From Clostridia bacterium (lineage in GTDB: Bacteria > Bacillota > Clostridia > TANB77 > CAG-508), in the NCBI GenBank assembly GCA_017934475.1, contig JAGBJN010000006.1:129185-193184 (forward strand): DNA of 64,000 nt, in the 5' to 3' direction. The notes under the pieces were generated by a model. That model searched no databases, was not told the origin of the DNA, and saw nothing but the letters and a program-made list of their open reading frames with translations. Positions 41,483 through 51,846 of the stretch are shown here, piece by piece. Position 1 is the first letter of the stretch. The number at the start of each line of letters is the position of its first letter. The position numbers and the translations under genes are program-made.

Positions 41483-42004
41483 CTATCTTTCAATTTCTTC
41501 TTTTATTATTCCTAACTCTTTCATTCTTGCTTTCAAAGCTTTATCTTGTATATTTTTATATTCTTCCCTTAATATTTCCTCTAAAAATTTTCTTATATTT
41601 TTTGGCTTTGGATTTTCTATTATATTTAATTTTTCATCTACTATAATATCAGGTACCTTTATTCCATATCTTATATTTATAAATTCAGCTAAAACATGTC
41701 TATGGCAAAAATCCTGCTTTCTTTCAAAGCATAATAAAACTGGATCCTTTTCATCTTTTAATAGTTCTTCAATATCTACTTTTGATAATACTTGATTATA
41801 ATATTCTCTTATATAGTATTTAGTATTTTCTTCTTCTGGCATTTTACCAATATTACTATGCCATATATCCCAAAATACTTTTTTGGGTGCAAGTTTTGGC
41901 AAAGCCTTTCCAACAAATCCTACGCTTCTACCTCTATCTCCAGAAATTGATATTAAATTTCCTAACTTACAATCCGTATAATTTCCTGTAAATACTCTAT
42001 TCAT
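41483..42004 (-). CDS. DUF488 (YeaO-like) family protein.
   Basis: Pattern RG...K.LAPK...W..W...., 173 aa, inserted between sufD and sufS. Confidence 0.5.
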   Translation of the reverse strand: MNRVFTGNYTDCKLGNLISISGDRGRSVGFVGKALPKLAPKKVFWDIWHSNIGKMPEEENTKYYIREYYNQVLSKVDIEELLKDEKDPVLLCFERKQDFCHRHVLAEFINIRYGIKVPDIIVDEKLNIIENPKPKNIRKFLEEILREEYKNIQDKALKARMKELGIIKEEIER

Positions 42005-42012
42005 TTAATCTC

Positions 42013-43065
42013 CTAAATCATTTTTTCTATTATTTCTATAACTTTATTTTGTAATTCATCATCTTTTATATTTTTTATAATATTATTAAAGTTTGCCTTA
42101 ATAATAAGCTTTTCTGCATCTTTTTTAGATAACCCCTTTGACATTAGATAAAATAATTTATCTTCATCAATCTTTCCTGATGAAACTCCATGTGCTCCTT
42201 GCACATTTTCTTCATGACATAAAAGCATTGGTAATGATTTTGAATTAGCTTTATCAGATAAAATTACACAATTTTCATTTTCTTCGCCTATAGCATTTGA
42301 TGCACCTTCTATAAAATCAATTGTACCTTTAAAGTTCTTTCTTGCTTCTCCTGTTATAGCACCTTGTGCATTTATATTGCATACTGATTTTTTTCCTTTT
42401 ATTTCTACATGATAATTCATATCTATTATATCTTTTTCTTTTCCAATATAAATATTGTTAAAACAATTTTTACTTTCTTCCCCAAATAAATTTGTATAAT
42501 AATTTGATATTTTTGTTTTTCCACCTAAATCAATTAAATTATATTCAAAATCAACCTTTTTTTCTATATCATTTTCGATAGCAATAAAATTTTCACTTAA
42601 ATCATTTATTAAGTTACAATATGTTATGCTTGCCTTTGAATTTTCCTTAAGATGATTTATTTGTTTTATATAATTAAATGTTTTCGAATTTTCTCCATAA
42701 CACATATTTTGAAAAATGAATTTTGCATTTGAATTTTTTTCAAATACTATTTCAACCTCACCTACAAACATACTATTATTTTTTAATATATTTTTAATAT
42801 ATATAGGTGTTTCTAATACTTGGTTTTCCTTTACTATAATTTTTAATTTATAATATTTCTCAAACGACAATCCAATTTTTGAATCAAATGAATTATTACA
42901 CTCTTCATCTATATTTATGTCTATTTTTTCATTCTCGTTTGTTTCAACCTCTATATTGTTATTATATTCAAGTTCATTAAAATCAAAATCTAATTTTATA
43001 TCATTTATTCCATAATTATTTGATGTTCTAATTGGTGTTTTATTCAAAGTCAAATTTTTTATCAT
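42013..43065 (-). CDS. sufD: SufD-like Fe-S cluster assembly protein (short form).
   Basis: The C-terminal motif is GAHGVSSGKIDEDKLFYLMSKGLSKKDAEKLII. Confidence 0.65.
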   Translation of the reverse strand: MIKNLTLNKTPIRTSNNYGINDIKLDFDFNELEYNNNIEVETNENEKIDINIDEECNNSFDSKIGLSFEKYYKLKIIVKENQVLETPIYIKNILKNNSMFVGEVEIVFEKNSNAKFIFQNMCYGENSKTFNYIKQINHLKENSKASITYCNLINDLSENFIAIENDIEKKVDFEYNLIDLGGKTKISNYYTNLFGEESKNCFNNIYIGKEKDIIDMNYHVEIKGKKSVCNINAQGAITGEARKNFKGTIDFIEGASNAIGEENENCVILSDKANSKSLPMLLCHEENVQGAHGVSSGKIDEDKLFYLMSKGLSKKDAEKLIIKANFNNIIKNIKDDELQNKVIEIIEKMI

Positions 43066-43155
43066 CTTATTTTCCTTTCTAATTGATTATTTTCTTTTAT
43101 TATGTTATAATGAATAATGTAGCTAATATTTGCAACAGCATATGGAGGATTCGAA

Positions 43156-43302
43156 ATGGAAATTGTATATTTTTTGAAACTAGTAATTGTAACAAAATTT
43201 AATCAATTTATCCATTCACCAGCACTTTTTATTACAATTGGATTTATTTTTTTATTTTTACTTTTTCAACTGATAATAAATTGTGAGCTGGACGGTAAGT
43301 AA
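43156..43302 (+). CDS. Small hydrophobic protein (49 aa). It is antisense-oriented between sufD and sufB, and was not in the ORF track.
   Basis: An RBS GGAGG 6 nt before the ATG. The product MEIVYFLKLVIVTKFNQFIHSPALFITIGFIFLFLLFQLIINCELDGK is followed by a hairpin plus T-run at 43303-43340. Confidence 0.35.
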   Translation: MEIVYFLKLVIVTKFNQFIHSPALFITIGFIFLFLLFQLIINCELDGK

Positions 43303-43347
43303 TTCAAAGCCATTGTTTGATAATTCAAGCAATGGCTTTTTCATGTT

Positions 43348-44787
43348 CTACCCAATTGTTCCTTCTAATTCTAGTTCAATTAGATTATTCATTTCCACTG
43401 CATACTCTATAGGAAGCTCTTTTGATATTGGATTTGCAAATCCTCTTACTATTAGTGCTTTTGCTTCTTGTTCTGTTAATCCTCTAGACATTAAGTAAAA
43501 AATTGCGTCATCAGATATTTTTCCAATTTTGGCTTCATGTGCAAAAATAATATCGTCAGTTTCAATATTATCAACAGGTATTGTATCTGAACGTGATAAG
43601 CTATCAAGCATAAGTGATTCACATGACATTGATATTTTAGATTTTTTTGCCAGCTTTGTTGCATGTACATTACTTCTAAAAGTGCAAATTCCACCATCTT
43701 TTGATATTGATTTAGAATTAACAACTGTTGTTGTTCTTTCAGCATTATGAACAACTTTAACTCCTGTATCTAAATTTTGTCCATTTCCTGCAAATGATAT
43801 TCCTGTAAACTCACAACTTGCGCCTTTTCCATTAAGTACGCTCAATGGATATAGCATAGAAATTTTTGAGCCAAAAGATCCAGTTACCCATTCTATTTTT
43901 CCATTTTCTTCTACAATACATTTCTTCGTGTTTAAGTTAAGCATATTTTTTGACCAATTCTCTATTGTAGAATATCTTAAATATGCATTTTTCTTTACAT
44001 ATAACTCTACACATCCTGCATGAAGATTTATTTCATTATATTTTGGTGCACTACATCCTTCTATAAAGTGAAGAGATGCACCCTCATCAACTATAATTAA
44101 AGTATGTTCAAATTGTCCTGCGCCCCTTGCATTTAGTCTAAAGTAAGATTGAATTGGTATTTCAACATTTACTCCTTTTGGCACATATACAAATGAACCT
44201 CCAGACCAAACAGCATAATGTAAAGATATAAATTTGTGATCATTGATTGGTACAATTTTCATAAAATATTGTTTTATAAGTTCAGGATATTCTTTAACCG
44301 CAGTATCAAAATCAGTATAAATAACTCCTTTTTCTTCTAATTCTTTTTTTACATTATGATAAACAATTTCTGAATCATATTGAGCGCCAACTCCTGCTAA
44401 ACTTTCTTTTTCTGCTTCTGGGATACCAAGAGCATCAAAAGTACTTTTTATATCTTCTGGTACATCATCCCATGTTTTGTTTATTTTTGATTTTGGTTTT
44501 ACATATGTTGCAATTTTATTTATATCTAATTCAGATAAATCAGGTCCCCAAGTAGGCATATCTAATTTATTGAAAAAATCTAAAGCTTTTAGTCTAATAT
44601 CAAGCATCCAATCAGGTTCATTTTTTTCTTTAGAAATATTTCTTATAATTTCTTCATTTAACCCAATTTCAATTTTCTCTGAATTATCCTCATTTTTTAT
44701 ATCATAAATATTCTTTATTCTTTTATCTTCATATTTACTTATATCAGTTTTCAATTTTAAATCCCTTTCTCTTGAATTTTTGAACAT
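43348..44787 (-). CDS. sufB: Fe-S cluster assembly protein SufB.
   Basis: The ORF is 479 aa and matches the SufB family throughout. Confidence 0.9.
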   Translation of the reverse strand: MFKNSRERDLKLKTDISKYEDKRIKNIYDIKNEDNSEKIEIGLNEEIIRNISKEKNEPDWMLDIRLKALDFFNKLDMPTWGPDLSELDINKIATYVKPKSKINKTWDDVPEDIKSTFDALGIPEAEKESLAGVGAQYDSEIVYHNVKKELEEKGVIYTDFDTAVKEYPELIKQYFMKIVPINDHKFISLHYAVWSGGSFVYVPKGVNVEIPIQSYFRLNARGAGQFEHTLIIVDEGASLHFIEGCSAPKYNEINLHAGCVELYVKKNAYLRYSTIENWSKNMLNLNTKKCIVEENGKIEWVTGSFGSKISMLYPLSVLNGKGASCEFTGISFAGNGQNLDTGVKVVHNAERTTTVVNSKSISKDGGICTFRSNVHATKLAKKSKISMSCESLMLDSLSRSDTIPVDNIETDDIIFAHEAKIGKISDDAIFYLMSRGLTEQEAKALIVRGFANPISKELPIEYAVEMNNLIELELEGTIG

Positions 44788-44854
44788 TTCAATGTATACT
44801 TTATATACAAAAAGTTCTTTTATTTCTAATAATCTGTAACGGAGGGTATAAGCT

Positions 44855-44938
44855 GTGGGAGCAATATTTGTCTTATTATTCTTGATAGGTGGCCTTATCC
44901 TTATACTTATTATGTTTAATAATATATTTAAAGGTTAA
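44855..44938 (+). CDS. Possible 27-aa hydrophobic peptide between sufC and sufB on the opposite strand.
   Basis: An RBS GGAGGG 8 nt before a GTG start. The product is VGAIFVLLFLIGGLILILIMFNNIFKG. A plus-strand hairpin plus T-run follows at 44946-44982. Confidence 0.2.
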   Translation: MGAIFVLLFLIGGLILILIMFNNIFKG

Positions 44939-44982
44939 AAACTTAGCCTATCATATTGCCTAATAATATTTATTAGGCTTTT

Positions 44983-45717
44983 TTATTTATAGCTTTCATA
45001 TCCATTACTTTCTATCTCTCTAACTAAATCCATATTTCCAGATTTAACTATTCTTCCGTCTACCAAAACATGAACAAAATCAACATCTAAATCTTTAAGT
45101 ATTTTACTTGAATGAGTAATTATTAATACTGCATTTTGCTCATTTTTAAATAATTTAATACCCTTAGAGACTATTTTTATAGCATCAACATCAAGTCCAG
45201 AATCGGTTTCATCAAGTATTGCCAATTTAGGATTTAATGTTAAAAGTTGTAAAATTTCATTTTTCTTTTTTTCTCCCCCTGAAAAACCAACATTTAAATC
45301 TCTCAAAGCATAACTATTATCAATTTTTAATTTATTCATATTTTCTTCTAATTGCTTTTTAAATTCAAAAAATTTAACATTTTCACCAGTTATTGACTTT
45401 TTTGCTGTTTTTAGAAAATTCGTAACAGAAATACCCTCAACTTCTTCAGGTGTTTGAAAAGACATAAACAATCCCTTTTGCGCTCTTTCATTAGTTGGAA
45501 GATCATTAATATTTTCTCCTTCAAAATCAATTTCACCTTTTTTTACAGTATATTGAGGGTTATTCATAATAATATTTGCAAGAGTTGATTTTCCTGCACC
45601 ATTTGGTCCCATAATTACGTGAATTTCACCTTTTTTTATATTCAAATTTAACCCTTTTAATATTTCTTTTTCGTCTGCATTTACATGCAAATCTTTTATT
45701 TCTAGTAGATTATCCAT
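44983..45717 (-). CDS. sufC: Fe-S cluster assembly ATPase SufC.
   Basis: It has the Walker A GPNGAGKST and an ABC signature; the ORF is 244 aa. Confidence 0.9.
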   Translation of the reverse strand: MDNLLEIKDLHVNADEKEILKGLNLNIKKGEIHVIMGPNGAGKSTLANIIMNNPQYTVKKGEIDFEGENINDLPTNERAQKGLFMSFQTPEEVEGISVTNFLKTAKKSITGENVKFFEFKKQLEENMNKLKIDNSYALRDLNVGFSGGEKKKNEILQLLTLNPKLAILDETDSGLDVDAIKIVSKGIKLFKNEQNAVLIITHSSKILKDLDVDFVHVLVDGRIVKSGNMDLVREIESNGYESYK

Positions 45718-46156
45718 TATTTTTCCTCCTTACACATGTCCTACATCTTTCTTTATTTATGTCATAGTCACATTCTAAATTACTTAGGCCTAAAACCCTA
45801 TGAGTATACTTAGCAAGAGTATTTAAAGTTGTATCACTTAGGTTTTGCTTAATTTTCTCTGCTTCAATATTTGCCTCCTCTGCTTCAATATTCAAAACAT
45901 CTTTTAAAAACACATAAACTATATCATATGCTTCTAATATTTTTTTAGCATAGTCTTCACCTTCTTCTGTAATTTCAATAGTTCCATACGTTTCATAATT
46001 TATTAATTTATTTTCTTTTAAATGATTTATTGCTTTATTTACACTAGCTTTACTGCAATACATCTTTTCTGCAATATCAGTAACTCTTATATTACCATTT
46101 TGAATTTTTAAAACATATATCGTTTTTAAATACTCTTCTAAAGAATTTGAAATCAT
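45710..46156 (-). CDS. DtxR/MntR-family metal-dependent transcriptional regulator.
   Basis: A wHTH N-terminal domain. It overlaps the sufC start by 8 nt and is the likely first gene of the suf operon. Confidence 0.6.
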   Translation of the reverse strand: MISNSLEEYLKTIYVLKIQNGNIRVTDIAEKMYCSKASVNKAINHLKENKLINYETYGTIEITEEGEDYAKKILEAYDIVYVFLKDVLNIEAEEANIEAEKIKQNLSDTTLNTLAKYTHRVLGLSNLECDYDINKERCRTCVRRKNNG

Positions 46157-46294
46157 AATTTACTCCTTTTGTTAACTTCGGTTAACATTATATTATTTTA
46201 TATTATTTTTGTCAAGTTTATTCATTATTTTGCTTGACAAAAAACGACATTTTTTATATTATATTTTTATATTAAATGAAAGGAGATTTTTATT

Positions 46295-46504
46295 ATGAAT
46301 AGCGAAAAAAATTGGATAGTAACATTATTATTATGTTTCTTCTTAGGAGAATTTGGAGTTCACAGATTCTATGTAGGTAAAATTGGAACAGGTTTATTAA
46401 TGTTATTTACTTTTGGTGGATTTGGAGTTTGGACTTTAATCGACTTTGTTATGATTCTTATAAAAAAATTCACAGATAAAGATGGAAATGTTATAGCTGA
46501 ATAA
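46295..46504 (+). CDS. TM2 domain-containing small membrane protein.
   Basis: It has the GVHRFYVGK TM2 motif, a TTGACA promoter upstream and a terminator downstream. Confidence 0.7.
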   Translation: MNSEKNWIVTLLLCFFLGEFGVHRFYVGKIGTGLLMLFTFGGFGVWTLIDFVMILIKKFTDKDGNVIAE

Positions 46505-46508
46505 TAAA

Positions 46509-46537
46509 AAAAGAAGTGAAAAATCACTTCTTTTTTT
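46509..46537 (+). terminator. Rho-independent terminator.
   Basis: Hairpin aagaagtga..tcacttctt followed by TTTTTTT. Confidence 0.6.
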
Positions 46538-46554
46538 ACGTTTGTAATTTATAT

Positions 46555-47148
46555 TTATATCTTATTAAAATACTCTCCTTTAATCACATTGAATTTCCCT
46601 TTACATTTACCACATCTATATTTTCTTGTAAAATTTTTATTCATTCTTTTTCTATAAAAAATATATCCACATTTACTGCATTCTACTTTATAATTAAATT
46701 TATCATATTCTTCTTGTAAGTCACTTTTCTTTAAATCTTCATTTTTATTTCCAACTCTTGATATATTATATCCTAACTTTTCATTTATATATTTTGCATA
46801 TTTCTTAAACTCAGATCCATGATCATTACAATAAGGAAAACAATGAATTATCTCATGCATTATTGTATTTTTTATTATTTCATCATTTAAATCCATAACC
46901 CATTTACTTATCTCTATAGTATGTTTTTTAAAAATAGCATATTTAATATATTTTCTCCTACCAATTTTTACTATATATTTTGTTTTTTCATCAGGGATTT
47001 CCTGTTTACAACACCCATATCTTTTACAATTTCTTTTTCCAATTCTAATATATACAGTCCCTATTTTTTCATAACTATCTATATCTATTCCAATAGACTT
47101 TAATTCATTTTTGCACTCATCATATAATTTTGTTAGTTTTTCTTCCAT
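46555..47148 (-). CDS. SprT-like zinc metalloprotease-domain protein with a C-terminal zinc ribbon.
   Basis: An HEIIH (HExxH) motif and a C-terminal CSKCG...CGKC ribbon. Confidence 0.55.
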   Translation of the reverse strand: MEEKLTKLYDECKNELKSIGIDIDSYEKIGTVYIRIGKRNCKRYGCCKQEIPDEKTKYIVKIGRRKYIKYAIFKKHTIEISKWVMDLNDEIIKNTIMHEIIHCFPYCNDHGSEFKKYAKYINEKLGYNISRVGNKNEDLKKSDLQEEYDKFNYKVECSKCGYIFYRKRMNKNFTRKYRCGKCKGKFNVIKGEYFNKI

Positions 47149-47197
47149 ATTTTCCTCAAATCCTAATAATAAAAGCGACCTTAAGCCGCCATTATTA

Positions 47198-47509
47198 TTA
47201 TTTTACTGCATTTATTATTTCTTCTTTATCAGTAAATCCTATGAATTTTTTTGAAATTTCTCCATTTTTAAATATCATAATTGTTGGAATACTCATTATT
47301 TCAAATTTCTCTACAAGTTCAGAATTTTCATCAGAATTTACTTTTCCAACTTTAACTGTATCTCCTAATTCTTCAGCAATACTATCTATTACTGGAGACA
47401 TCATTTTACATGGTCCACACCATTCAGCATAAAAATCCACAATAACAGGTTTACCTGATTTTAGTACCTCATCTTCAAAATTCGAATCTGTAATTGATAA
47501 AACACTCAT
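47198..47509 (-). CDS. trxA: Thioredoxin.
   Basis: Active site WCGPCK; the ORF is 103 aa. Confidence 0.9.
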   Translation of the reverse strand: MSVLSITDSNFEDEVLKSGKPVIVDFYAEWCGPCKMMSPVIDSIAEELGDTVKVGKVNSDENSELVEKFEIMSIPTIMIFKNGEISKKFIGFTDKEEIINAVK

Positions 47510-47533
47510 ATTTAAATACCCCCATAACTATTT

Positions 47534-49351
47534 TTATTTAAAGATTTCATCAAATTCCTTTTCACCAATAGTTTCTTTTTCAAGTAATGTTTCTGCAACT
47601 GCATTTAGTTTATCCATATGATCTAAAATTATTTTTTGAGCTCTTGCATATGCTGCGTCTAATAATATTTTAACCTCTGCACCTATTACATCTGCATATT
47701 TGTCACCAAGCAATTGTAATTCATATGGATCTCTTTCTACATTTATTGAAATAGTTCCTACAACATCACTCATACCATAAACTGTAACCATATCTTTTGC
47801 AATTTTAGTTGCAACTTCAAAATCATTGCTTGCGCCTGTTGAAATATCATTTATAACAATTTTTTCTGCAGCTCTACCTGCCATTAAAACAACAAGTCTT
47901 TCTTCCATTTCTGTTTTAGAGATATAATTTTTATCTTCTGTCGTTCTATTCATTGTATATCCACCAGCCATACCTCTTGGAATAATTGATATTTCTTTTA
48001 CAGGATCCTGTGTAGGTAAATATTTACTTACAACAGCATGTCCTGCTTCATGAAAAGCTGTAATTCTTTTATCTTTCTCTGAATAAATTCTACTTGTTTT
48101 TTGAAGACCAACTGTAACTTTCTTAAATGCTTCATCTAAATCTTCATTTGTAATTGCCTCATGTTTTTCTATTGTTGCAATTATAGCAGCCTCATTTAAA
48201 ATATTAGCAAGTTCTGCACCTGTAAGACCTGCTGTATCTTCTGCCAAATTATCTAATCTTACATCTTCTGCAACTTTTTTACCTTTACTGTGTATTTTTA
48301 GGATAGCTTCTCTTCCCTTTTTATCAGGGACATTTATTGTTATTTGTCTATCAAATCTTCCTGGTCTTAAAAGTGCTTTGTCAAGCATCTCTGGTCTGTT
48401 TGTTGCTGCAAGTATAATTATTCCTTCATCTTTTTCAAATCCATCCATTTCAACTAATAATTGATTTAGTGTTTGATTATTTTCAGATTCTGCTCCACTT
48501 GCATTTGTTCTTCTTGAACCAATTGCATCAATTTCATCTATAAATACTATGCATGGTGCAACTTTTCTTGCTTTTTCAAAAAGCTTTCTAACTCTTGACG
48601 CTCCAAGTCCTGCAAACATTTCTATAAATTCAGAACCACTCATTGAAATAAATGGTACATTTGCCTCACCTGCAATAGCTTTTGCTATAAGAGTTTTTCC
48701 TGTTCCTGGCTTACCATATAAAAGAACTCCCTTAGGAACTTTAGCACCCATCTCAACAAATTTTTCAGGTTCTTTTAAGAACTGTACTATTTCAATCATT
48801 TCTTGTTTTTCTTCATCTAATCCTGCAACATCGTCAAATTTTACTTTTTCTTTTGCTGTTGTTGCATCATAAACTTTTCCTTTGTCCCCTAGTCCTTGCA
48901 TTTTGAAAACAAGTACAAATAACGCAACAAGCATAAGAGTTGGCACTAAACCTAATAATGTTTCTCCTATTCTAAGTATAATATTTTCAGGATTTTGTAT
49001 TAATTCTATATTGTTTCCTTCAGCAACTTTTTCTTGAATTAGTTCAACAAATGCTTGCGTACTTGGAATAATAACTTCTTTTTCTTCTTCATTATTTTTT
49101 TCTTTTACCTTTACTGTAGTACTACCAACAGTCATTTCAATTTTTTCTATTTCACCATCAGAGATTTGTTTTATTAAACTTGTATAAGCAACATCCTTTT
49201 CTTCCTCATTAATTTTATTGTCTTTATTATGGAAGAATATAAAATATCCACCTATAATAAGTACTACAACCAATACTACTGTAACTGCAATAGCTATTTT
49301 GTTAAATTTATTGTCCTTGTCATCATTTCTTTGATGTGATTTATTGCTCAC
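47534..49351 (-). CDS. ftsH: ATP-dependent zinc metalloprotease FtsH.
   Basis: An AAA+ domain GPPGTGKT-like (GKPGTGKT) and the HEAGHA zinc motif; the ORF is 605 aa. Confidence 0.9.
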   Translation of the reverse strand: MSNKSHQRNDDKDNKFNKIAIAVTVVLVVVLIIGGYFIFFHNKDNKINEEEKDVAYTSLIKQISDGEIEKIEMTVGSTTVKVKEKNNEEEKEVIIPSTQAFVELIQEKVAEGNNIELIQNPENIILRIGETLLGLVPTLMLVALFVLVFKMQGLGDKGKVYDATTAKEKVKFDDVAGLDEEKQEMIEIVQFLKEPEKFVEMGAKVPKGVLLYGKPGTGKTLIAKAIAGEANVPFISMSGSEFIEMFAGLGASRVRKLFEKARKVAPCIVFIDEIDAIGSRRTNASGAESENNQTLNQLLVEMDGFEKDEGIIILAATNRPEMLDKALLRPGRFDRQITINVPDKKGREAILKIHSKGKKVAEDVRLDNLAEDTAGLTGAELANILNEAAIIATIEKHEAITNEDLDEAFKKVTVGLQKTSRIYSEKDKRITAFHEAGHAVVSKYLPTQDPVKEISIIPRGMAGGYTMNRTTEDKNYISKTEMEERLVVLMAGRAAEKIVINDISTGASNDFEVATKIAKDMVTVYGMSDVVGTISINVERDPYELQLLGDKYADVIGAEVKILLDAAYARAQKIILDHMDKLNAVAETLLEKETIGEKEFDEIFK

Positions 49352-49383
49352 TTTATTCTACCATCCTTTCAAGTATTTAAATT

Positions 49384-50430
49384 TTATGTTCCTTCTCCTT
49401 GTGGAGTGTCTTTATCTTCATTCTTTTCTTCTTTTTTATCTTCGTCTTTTTCCTCTTTTTTATCTTCTTTTGACTCTTCTTTTTTTCTTTTTTCTTCGTC
49501 TTCTTGCCTATCTAATTCTTCTTTAACTCTTTTTTGTTCTTCCATAATATTTAATAACTCTTGTTTATTTTTTATAATATCAATTCTTATTATAGAAATA
49601 GCAGCAATCATATAGATATATGCAATTACTATATACATTATTTCAAAATATTTAACTCTAAATGGTGTAAATAATTGAATTAATACAACTATTATATTTA
49701 ATATAATAGGTAAAGTTAAACTATGAATTGCCATTTTGAACAATGCATTAAATCTAATTCTCATCCTCATAAATAATGTCGAAATATATCCCAAGATCAC
49801 AAGTAAAATAATATCCAACAAAATACTTATACTATAGAAAATAAACATATATATATAAGTTGTTATAAAAATTGCAAAATAGATTAATACTAAGTTTTTA
49901 CCAGAAAAATAATTAACTAACTCTTGTTTAGTAAATTTATTTGCACCAACTGATTCATCGAATTCTAAATATTTGTACTCAAGTACTCCGTCTGTTACCA
50001 TCGTTTTTATTAGAAATTTATCTTTTAATAAAACAATACCATTTTCTTTATTTAGTAAATCTTTTTTGTATTTTTCAAGCAAATCACTATCTATGTTACT
50101 GTTAGTATCTAAAATAACTAAACCAACATTTTCTGATATATTTTCTTTTATAATTATTTCATTATCTTTTACAGAAAGTAATCCTTCTTCTAATGTAAAA
50201 TCTGGAATCTCATCAAAAACAAAATTTGTTATTTTCTTTAATTCTGATGAAATTTTAAAAGTATATGCAATTGAAATTACTAGAACAAATATTAGAAGAA
50301 GTTTTATTATATATAATAAAACTTCTCCATAACTTTTAATTGCAAGTTCAGGATATTTTTCTATATTTTTTATACTATCAATGAATTTATGAAAGAATGA
50401 ATCTTTCTTTTTCTCTTTCATCATTAGCAC
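49384..50430 (-). CDS. Polytopic membrane protein with a charged E/K-rich C-terminal tail.
   Basis: The ORF is 348 aa with multiple TM helices. The tail is EEKRKKEESKEDKKEEKDEDKKEEK. Confidence 0.45.
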   Translation of the reverse strand: MLMMKEKKKDSFFHKFIDSIKNIEKYPELAIKSYGEVLLYIIKLLLIFVLVISIAYTFKISSELKKITNFVFDEIPDFTLEEGLLSVKDNEIIIKENISENVGLVILDTNSNIDSDLLEKYKKDLLNKENGIVLLKDKFLIKTMVTDGVLEYKYLEFDESVGANKFTKQELVNYFSGKNLVLIYFAIFITTYIYMFIFYSISILLDIILLVILGYISTLFMRMRIRFNALFKMAIHSLTLPIILNIIVVLIQLFTPFRVKYFEIMYIVIAYIYMIAAISIIRIDIIKNKQELLNIMEEQKRVKEELDRQEDEEKRKKEESKEDKKEEKDEDKKEEKNEDKDTPQGEGT

Positions 50431-50433
50431 TCC

Positions 50434-51834
50434 TTATATCTTTTCTATTGTCATACCATCTTTAGAATCCTTAACCTGATATCCTTTTTCTTTAAGTATA
50501 TCACGAATTCTATCTGATTCTGACCAGTTCTTTTCCTCTCTAGCTTTTTTTCTATTTTCTACTAATTCTAATATTTCATCTGGCAATTCAATATTAGTTT
50601 GATCTTCTATATATTTTTCTGAGTTTACTAAATCAAGTCCAAGAACCTCATCAAAATCTAATAATAGTTCTGCAAATTGTTTTGATTTCTTACTATTTCT
50701 TACAACTTCCCACATTACCCCTACTGCAAGTGGCATATTTAAGTCATCATTGATTGCTTCCATAAATCTATTCTTGTATTCTTTTATTATTTCTTCTTCA
50801 ACATTTTCATTTCCATTAACATGTGTTAAATACCCTTCACGAAGTCTATTTAATGCCTTTTGAGTTGATAAAGCTATCTCAAATGTAAAATTCAATTTTG
50901 TACGATAATGTGCACTAAAATTAAATAACCTATAAGCTAAAGGTTCTATTCCTTTTTCTTTTATTTCATCTAGTGTATATACATTACCAAGTGATTTTCC
51001 CATTTTTCCACCATCAACTTGTAAAAATTCAACATGCATCCATGTTTTTGCAGGAATGTGTCCTGAATAACCTTTGCTTTGTGCAATTTCATTTTCATGA
51101 TGAGTAGGTATATGGTCCACTCCACCTGTATGAATATCAAAATACTCGCCAAGATATTTTCTACTCATTGCAGAGCACTCTAAATGCCATCCTGGATAAG
51201 ATAATCCCCAAGGACTATCCCATTTCATAATATGATTCTCTGGTGCTTTAATCCATACAGCAAAGTCATATGGATTTCTTTTTTCAGGATCAACCTCAAC
51301 TCTAGCACCAGCTATTTGTTCTTCAAGATTTCTATTTGAAAGAACTGGATATTTATCTAATTTTGAAATATCAAAATATATTGCTTTTGATGTTTCATAA
51401 GCATATCCATTTTCAATAAGTTTTTTAACAAATTCTAACATTTCCTTAATATGTTCTGTTGCTTTAGCAATTATCTCAGGTCTTTCAATATTTAGTTTAA
51501 CCATATCTTTAAAAAATATATCTGTATAATAAGCTGCTATTTCATATGGATCTTTATTTTCTTTTTTGGCAGCTTTTATCATCTTATCTTCACCTTCATC
51601 AGCGTCTGATTCAAGGTGTCCAACATCTGTAATATTCATAACATGTTTTATAGTATATCCATTTTTCTTTAATACTCTTCTTAAAGTATCCATAAATACA
51701 TATGCTCTAAAATTTCCTATGTGGGCAAAACTGTATACAGTTGGCCCACATGAATATATTCTAACCTCATTACCTTCTAAAGGTTTAAATTCTTCTTTTT
51801 TTCTTGTTAAAGTATTATATAAATATAAACTCAT
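50434..51834 (-). CDS. cysS: Cysteine--tRNA ligase.
   Basis: The HIGH motif (AHIGN) and the KMGKS motif; the ORF is 466 aa. Confidence 0.9.
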   Translation of the reverse strand: MSLYLYNTLTRKKEEFKPLEGNEVRIYSCGPTVYSFAHIGNFRAYVFMDTLRRVLKKNGYTIKHVMNITDVGHLESDADEGEDKMIKAAKKENKDPYEIAAYYTDIFFKDMVKLNIERPEIIAKATEHIKEMLEFVKKLIENGYAYETSKAIYFDISKLDKYPVLSNRNLEEQIAGARVEVDPEKRNPYDFAVWIKAPENHIMKWDSPWGLSYPGWHLECSAMSRKYLGEYFDIHTGGVDHIPTHHENEIAQSKGYSGHIPAKTWMHVEFLQVDGGKMGKSLGNVYTLDEIKEKGIEPLAYRLFNFSAHYRTKLNFTFEIALSTQKALNRLREGYLTHVNGNENVEEEIIKEYKNRFMEAINDDLNMPLAVGVMWEVVRNSKKSKQFAELLLDFDEVLGLDLVNSEKYIEDQTNIELPDEILELVENRKKAREEKNWSESDRIRDILKEKGYQVKDSKDGMTIEKI

Positions 51835-51846
51835 AATACATCCTTT

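Noticed and set aside
46516-46719. A 67-aa plus-strand ORF after the TM2 gene.
   Set aside because: It starts inside the terminator region and overlaps the convergent SprT-like gene. It has no RBS and a low-complexity product.
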